DNA of 63,981 bases, filler included. It is 6 parts of 6 records of this genome, joined end to end, with 100 filler letters (N's around TTAATTAATTAA, not from the genome) between each part and the next. Parts side by side here need not be neighbours in the genome. Positions count along the whole stretch, not along the records: positions 58,318 to 63,981 come from SRR20825006_2394; 5 more parts are not named here. One strand, written 5' to 3'. Below, in pieces: positions 59,594-63,981 of this stretch (position 1 is the stretch's first letter; every line of letters begins with the position of its first letter). A program made the translations under genes and the position numbers. Under the pieces are notes generated by a model. It did not search any database. It was not told where the DNA came from and saw nothing but the letters and a program-made list of their open reading frames with translations.

Positions 59594-60287
59594 GGCCCTG
59601 GCGAGCGCTCTGCTGCTTGCCTGCGGTGCCGGCCTTGTCCACGCCGACGCCGATGCCCTCACCCCCTATCGCGCGCACTACCAAATCAGCCACGACGGCC
59701 TCAGCACCAAGGCTGAACGTATTCTGGAGCGCGACGGCGACCACTGGCGGCTCAGCCAGCACGCGAAATTGTTTTTCTTTAAAGTCGACGAAGAAAGCAA
59801 ACTGGAAGTGCACAAAGGCACGTTGCGCCCCCTGTCTTACAGCTACGAAAACAACGTCAGCAGCAAGAAAAACCTCGAACTGACCTTCGACTGGGCCAAG
59901 CAAACCGTTTCTGACAAGCAGGCCAAAAAGCCCTGGCAGAAAGCCCTCAAGCCTCACTTCAGCGACCAACTGAGCGCCCAACTGCAGTTGCGTGAAATGT
60001 TGATCAAAGGCCAGCTGGATTCACAGCAGAATCAGACGGTAGTAAAAAGAAAGGGCAAGCTCAAAACCTATGGCATCAGCCGCATCGGTGAAGAGCGTAT
60101 TGAGACGGCAATGGGCACATTGCAAACCGTGAAGCTGCGCAAGCATCGCGACGGCAGCAGCAGCGAAACGTTTATCTGGCTGGCGCCAGAATTGAACTAC
60201 TTGATAGTGAAACTAGAACAACGCGAAGACGACGAGCTTTATTCGATGAACCTGCTCAGCGCCGAGTTCGACACGCCCTCGCGCTGA
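59547..60287 (+). CDS. DUF3108 domain exported protein
   Basis: Signal peptide; PYRAHY, DQLS.QLQLR, ETFIWLAPELNYLIVKL; position after purN is typical. Confidence 0.75.
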   Translation: MNRNFLSTALSLTSIKALASALLLACGAGLVHADADALTPYRAHYQISHDGLSTKAERILERDGDHWRLSQHAKLFFFKVDEESKLEVHKGTLRPLSYSYENNVSSKKNLELTFDWAKQTVSDKQAKKPWQKALKPHFSDQLSAQLQLREMLIKGQLDSQQNQTVVKRKGKLKTYGISRIGEERIETAMGTLQTVKLRKHRDGSSSETFIWLAPELNYLIVKLEQREDDELYSMNLLSAEFDTPSR

Positions 60288-60301
60288 GCAATCACGCACT
60301 A

Positions 60302-60868
60302 TCAGGTTTTTGGCAGCGTCACGCCGCGCTGTCCCTGATACTTGCCGCCCCGGTCGCGGTAACTCACCTCGCACACCTCATCAGATTCAAAAAACAGCAT
60401 TTGCGCGACACCTTCATTGGCGTATATCTTCGCCGGCAGCGTGGTGGTGTTGGAAAATTCCAAGGTCACGTGACCTTCCCACTCGGGTTCCAGTGGCGTG
60501 ACATTCACGATGATGCCACAGCGCGCATAGGTGGACTTACCCAAACACACCGTCAATACACTGCGCGGAATCCGAAAATACTCAACGGTGCGCGCCAGCG
60601 CGAACGAGTTGGGCGGAATAATGCAGGAATCGCCCGTAATGTTTACGAAACTGCGGTCGTCAAAGGCCTTGGGGTCAACCGTTGCCGAGTAAGTATTGGT
60701 AAACACCTTAAACTCATTGGCACAGCGCACATCGTAGCCGTAGCTGGAAGTACCGTAGCTGATGATTCGATTGCCATCCTGCTCGCGCACCTGCCCCGGC
60801 TCGAAGGGCTCGATCATCCCTTCTGACTCGGCCATTCGACGAATCCACTTGTCTGATTTAATCGCCAT
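60302..60868 (-). CDS. dcd: dCTP deaminase
   Basis: [33 protein letters not shown]. Confidence 0.96.
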   Translation of the reverse strand: MAIKSDKWIRRMAESEGMIEPFEPGQVREQDGNRIISYGTSSYGYDVRCANEFKVFTNTYSATVDPKAFDDRSFVNITGDSCIIPPNSFALARTVEYFRIPRSVLTVCLGKSTYARCGIIVNVTPLEPEWEGHVTLEFSNTTTLPAKIYANEGVAQMLFFESDEVCEVSYRDRGGKYQGQRGVTLPKT

Positions 60869-60906
60869 TGCTTTCCCCTGAGCCGCCGCATTGGCAGCAA
60901 ATAGTA

Positions 60907-61977
60907 TTAATCGTCGCTAATAGAAATCTGTGGTGCCGCCGCACTGCTGCGCTGGCGCCGGGCCAACTCGACCGCAGTGGCCGTGGCCATATCGCGATAC
61001 AATTGTGCCGCTTCACTGTCAGGCGCCTGCGTCACCACCGGGGCACCGCGATCCGCTTGTTCGCGAATCTGCATCGACAACGGCAAGGCGCCCAGCATCG
61101 GCACAGCGTAGTCACGAGCGATATGCTCACCACCGCCCTCACCGAATATATGTTCAGTATGGCCGCACTGACTGCACACATGCACCGCCATATTCTCGAC
61201 CACGCCCAGCACCGGCACCGACACTTTGGCAAACATCTCAATGCCCTTCTTGGCATCGAGCAAGGCGATGTCCTGTGGCGTCGTGACCACAACGGCACCT
61301 GCAACAGGTACCTTCTGTGACAGCGTCAACTGAATATCACCGGTTCCCGGCGGCATATCGATAATCAGGTAATCCAGATCCTGCCAATAGGTTTGATATA
61401 ACAACTGCTGCAGCGCACCGGTTGCCATGGGGCCGCGCCATACCATCGGTGTTTTCTCGGTCACCAAATACGCCATCGACATTGACTGAATACCCTGCGC
61501 CTCAATGGGCAACAGATACTGTGTACCGTATTGCTTGGGACGCACACCCGACTCAACGCCCAGCATCATCTGTACACTTGGGCCATATATATCGGCATCC
61601 AACAGGCCAACTCTTGCGCCTTCTGCGGCCAGTGCCAAGGCAAGATTCACCGACGTGGTCGACTTACCCACGCCTCCCTTACCCGATGCCACCGCAATAA
61701 TATTGCGGACATTTTCCATGTTTTTAATGCCCTGAGACGCCTGATGAGCGGCGATTTCCCAACTCACACTCACCTCACAAGACAGCCCCTGCGACGCCAA
61801 ACTGTCGCGCAAAAATGCCTCGTACTGCTGTTGGTGGCTGCGCGCCGGAAAGCCCAGCACCACCTCGCAAACACCCTCGGCAGGCATGCGAATGTTGGCA
61901 ATACTTGCCAGCGGCTGACTTAGCCCCGGCAGGGTTACGGCTGACAGGCACTCTTGAATGGCGTGTTCAGATGGCAA
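60907..61977 (-). CDS. apbC: Fe-S cluster carrier ATPase ApbC/Mrp
   Basis: [35 protein letters not shown]..CxxC. Confidence 0.95.
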   Translation of the reverse strand: MPSEHAIQECLSAVTLPGLSQPLASIANIRMPAEGVCEVVLGFPARSHQQQYEAFLRDSLASQGLSCEVSVSWEIAAHQASQGIKNMENVRNIIAVASGKGGVGKSTTSVNLALALAAEGARVGLLDADIYGPSVQMMLGVESGVRPKQYGTQYLLPIEAQGIQSMSMAYLVTEKTPMVWRGPMATGALQQLLYQTYWQDLDYLIIDMPPGTGDIQLTLSQKVPVAGAVVVTTPQDIALLDAKKGIEMFAKVSVPVLGVVENMAVHVCSQCGHTEHIFGEGGGEHIARDYAVPMLGALPLSMQIREQADRGAPVVTQAPDSEAAQLYRDMATATAVELARRQRSSAAAPQISISDD

Positions 61978-62191
61978 AACAGGCTCCTATATGGGCGGCC
62001 TCGGCGAGGCGTCACTACAGCGGCTAAGCGGGCGAGTATACGCCGCAGCAGGCGCCCTCACAACGGCCGCATAGATGCGTCGGCAACGTAAAAACGCTAT
62101 AGTATCGCCCCCCGACGGCAATGCCGCCGGACAGTCTACACCGCGGTAAACGCCGCTACGTCTCTGACTCATTGTTTTATGAAGGATTAGC

Positions 62192-63981
62192 ATGTCGCGC
62201 AAGATTCTGGTTACCAGTGCCCTGCCCTACGCCAATGGCCCACTGCACCTGGGGCACCTCCTCGAATCGATACAAACCGATATCTGGGTGCGCTTTCAAA
62301 AATTGCGCGGCAACGACTGCGCCTACCTCTGCGCTGATGATGCCCACGGCACCGCGATTATGCTGACGGCGGAAAAACTCGGCATCACCCCGGAGGAGCA
62401 AATCGCTCGCGTCAAGGCTGAGCACGAGCGCGACCTCGGCGGCTTCCTGATCGAGTTCGACAACTACTACAGTACCCACTCCCCCGAGTGCCAACATTAT
62501 TCGGAAGAAATATACCGCCGCCTCGAGGCCAATGGGCATATCGAAAAACGCGAAATCACCCAACTATTCGACCCCGAAAAGCAGCTTTTCTTGGCCGACC
62601 GCTATATCAAAGGCAGCTGCCCGAAGTGTAAAACCGAGGACCAATACGGCGACAATTGCGAAGCCTGTGGTGCCACCTACACCCCCGCCGAGCTGATCAA
62701 TCCGCGTTCGGCCATCTCCGGTGCCACCCCCGTCGAGAAAGCCTCCACCCACTACTTCTTCAAACTGGGCGACTTCGAGCAACTGCTCCGCGACTGGACC
62801 AGCAGCGAAGCCCTGCAGCCACAGATCGCCAACAAGCTTCGCGAATGGCTAGATGCCGGCTTGCAAAGCTGGGATATTTCCCGCGATGCGCCGTACTTTG
62901 GCTTTGAAATTCCCGGCGCACCCGGCAAGTACTTCTACGTGTGGCTGGACGCGCCCATCGGCTACATGGCCAGCTGCGCCAACTGGTGTGAACGCGAAGG
63001 CCGCAGTTTCGACGACTACTGGGCAAAAGGCTCAACGGCCGAGCTCTACCACTTCATCGGCAAAGACATCATCAATTTCCACGGCTTGTTCTGGCCAGCC
63101 ATGCTCGACTCTGCGGGCTTCCGCCAGCCCACGGCCATCTATGCCCACGGCTTCCTTACCGTCAACGGCAAGAAGATGTCCAAAAGTCGCGGCACCTTCA
63201 TTAAGGCAGAAACCTATCTCAAACACCTGCCCGCCGAGTACCTGCGCTACTACTTTGCCGCCAAGCTCTCCGGCGCGGTCGACGACATCGACCTGAACCT
63301 GGAGGATTTCACCAAACGGGTGAACGCCGATTTGATCGGCAAGCTGGTCAACATTGCCAGCCGCAGCGCCAAATTCGTTCACAAAGGCAATGAAGGCCGC
63401 CTGAGCAGCGAACTTCACAAGCCGGAACTGTGGCAACAGGTAACCGGCGCCGCCGACGACATCGCCACGCACCTCGAGCGCCGCGATTACGGCAAAGCCG
63501 TGCGCGAAATTATGGCACTGGCCGACGCGACCAATGAATACTTCGACGCCTGTGAGCCCTGGAAGCTGGCAAAACAGGAAGACGGCAAGCAAGAAGCGGC
63601 GGCGGTCGCCTCGCAGTGCATCAACGTGTTCCGCGTACTGGTTACCTACCTCGCTCCGGTGCTGCCGAAGCTTGCCGAGCAGGTTGAGCAATTCCTGAAT
63701 ATTCGCCTGAGCTGGTCAGAGGAATTCACCCCACTACTCGACCACAAAATTGAAAACTTCAAAGCCATGATGGCCCGCGTCGACAGCGACAAGGTGCAAG
63801 CCATGGTCGACGACAGTCGGCAATCCATCGAGGCGGCGAAGACCGTACAAAAAGCCAGCAAAAAGCCAGAGAAAAAGGCGGCCCAGATCAATGACGATGC
63901 CATTGCGGACACGATAGAGTTTCCAGACTTTGCCAAAATAGATCTGCGCCTGGCCAAGATTGTCGATGCCCAGGCCGTTGA
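62192..63981 (+). CDS. metG: Methionine--tRNA ligase, 3'-truncated at window end (absent from ORF track)
   Basis: Manual translation from ATG 62192: [22 protein letters not shown]..., [24 protein letters not shown]; divergent from apbC. Confidence 0.96.
   Translation, partial: MSRKILVTSALPYANGPLHLGHLLESIQTDIWVRFQKLRGNDCAYLCADDAHGTAIMLTAEKLGITPEEQIARVKAEHERDLGGFLIEFDNYYSTHSPECQHYSEEIYRRLEANGHIEKREITQLFDPEKQLFLADRYIKGSCPKCKTEDQYGDNCEACGATYTPAELINPRSAISGATPVEKASTHYFFKLGDFEQLLRDWTSSEALQPQIANKLREWLDAGLQSWDISRDAPYFGFEIPGAPGKYFYVWLDAPIGYMASCANWCEREGRSFDDYWAKGSTAELYHFIGKDIINFHGLFWPAMLDSAGFRQPTAIYAHGFLTVNGKKMSKSRGTFIKAETYLKHLPAEYLRYYFAAKLSGAVDDIDLNLEDFTKRVNADLIGKLVNIASRSAKFVHKGNEGRLSSELHKPELWQQVTGAADDIATHLERRDYGKAVREIMALADATNEYFDACEPWKLAKQEDGKQEAAAVASQCINVFRVLVTYLAPVLPKLAEQVEQFLNIRLSWSEEFTPLLDHKIENFKAMMARVDSDKVQAMVDDSRQSIEAAKTVQKASKKPEKKAAQINDDAIADTIEFPDFAKIDLRLAKIVDAQAV

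Noticed and set aside
63032-63691. 219-aa minus-strand ORF and other short ORFs at 62121-63957
   Set aside because: Shadows of metG, which the ORF track missed because it has no stop inside the window
1-63981. CRISPR arrays, tRNA/rRNA genes, integrases or transposases
   Set aside because: No regularly spaced repeats, cloverleaf/rRNA signatures or recombinase ORFs were seen by eye

Overview
This window is not one locus. It is six unrelated contigs joined by 100-nt N linkers that carry TTAATTAATTAA (stop codons in all frames). (1) 1-19159, Flavobacteriaceae-like: MFS, maeB, ruvA, T9SS translocon sprA, gcvH, vanZ-like, two tonB, a RemB-like barrel, a Dabb lipoprotein, cyoE and two cox3. (2) 19260-27613, AT-rich flavobacterial: susD-susC divergent from a LytS/LytTR two-component pair and a sugar MFS, resembling part of a chitin utilisation locus. 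(3) 27714-39667, flavobacterial: two convergent susC/susD pairs, a secreted hypothetical, rplM-rpsI-rpsB-tsf. (4) 39768-47679, GC-rich and alphaproteobacterium-like: class Ib RNR nrdHIE with tandem NrdR boxes and a long structured leader, an M19 dipeptidase, an orphan DarT-like ADP-ribosyltransferase-fold gene, and an FMN-riboswitch ribD-ribBA-ribH operon lacking riboflavin synthase. (5) 47780-58217, Rhodopirellula-like: MtfA/SEC-C peptidase, aminotransferase, oppABCDF, def, fmt. (6) 58318-63981, gammaproteobacterial: purM, purN, DUF3108, dcd, apbC, metG. The best candidates for novelty are the terminator/antiterminator leader RNA upstream of nrdH, the antitoxin-less DarT-like gene, and a Ca-binding-type DxDGDG repeat insertion in SprA. 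No tRNA, rRNA, CRISPR array or transposase was seen. Taxonomic and family labels are recognition by eye, not database results.
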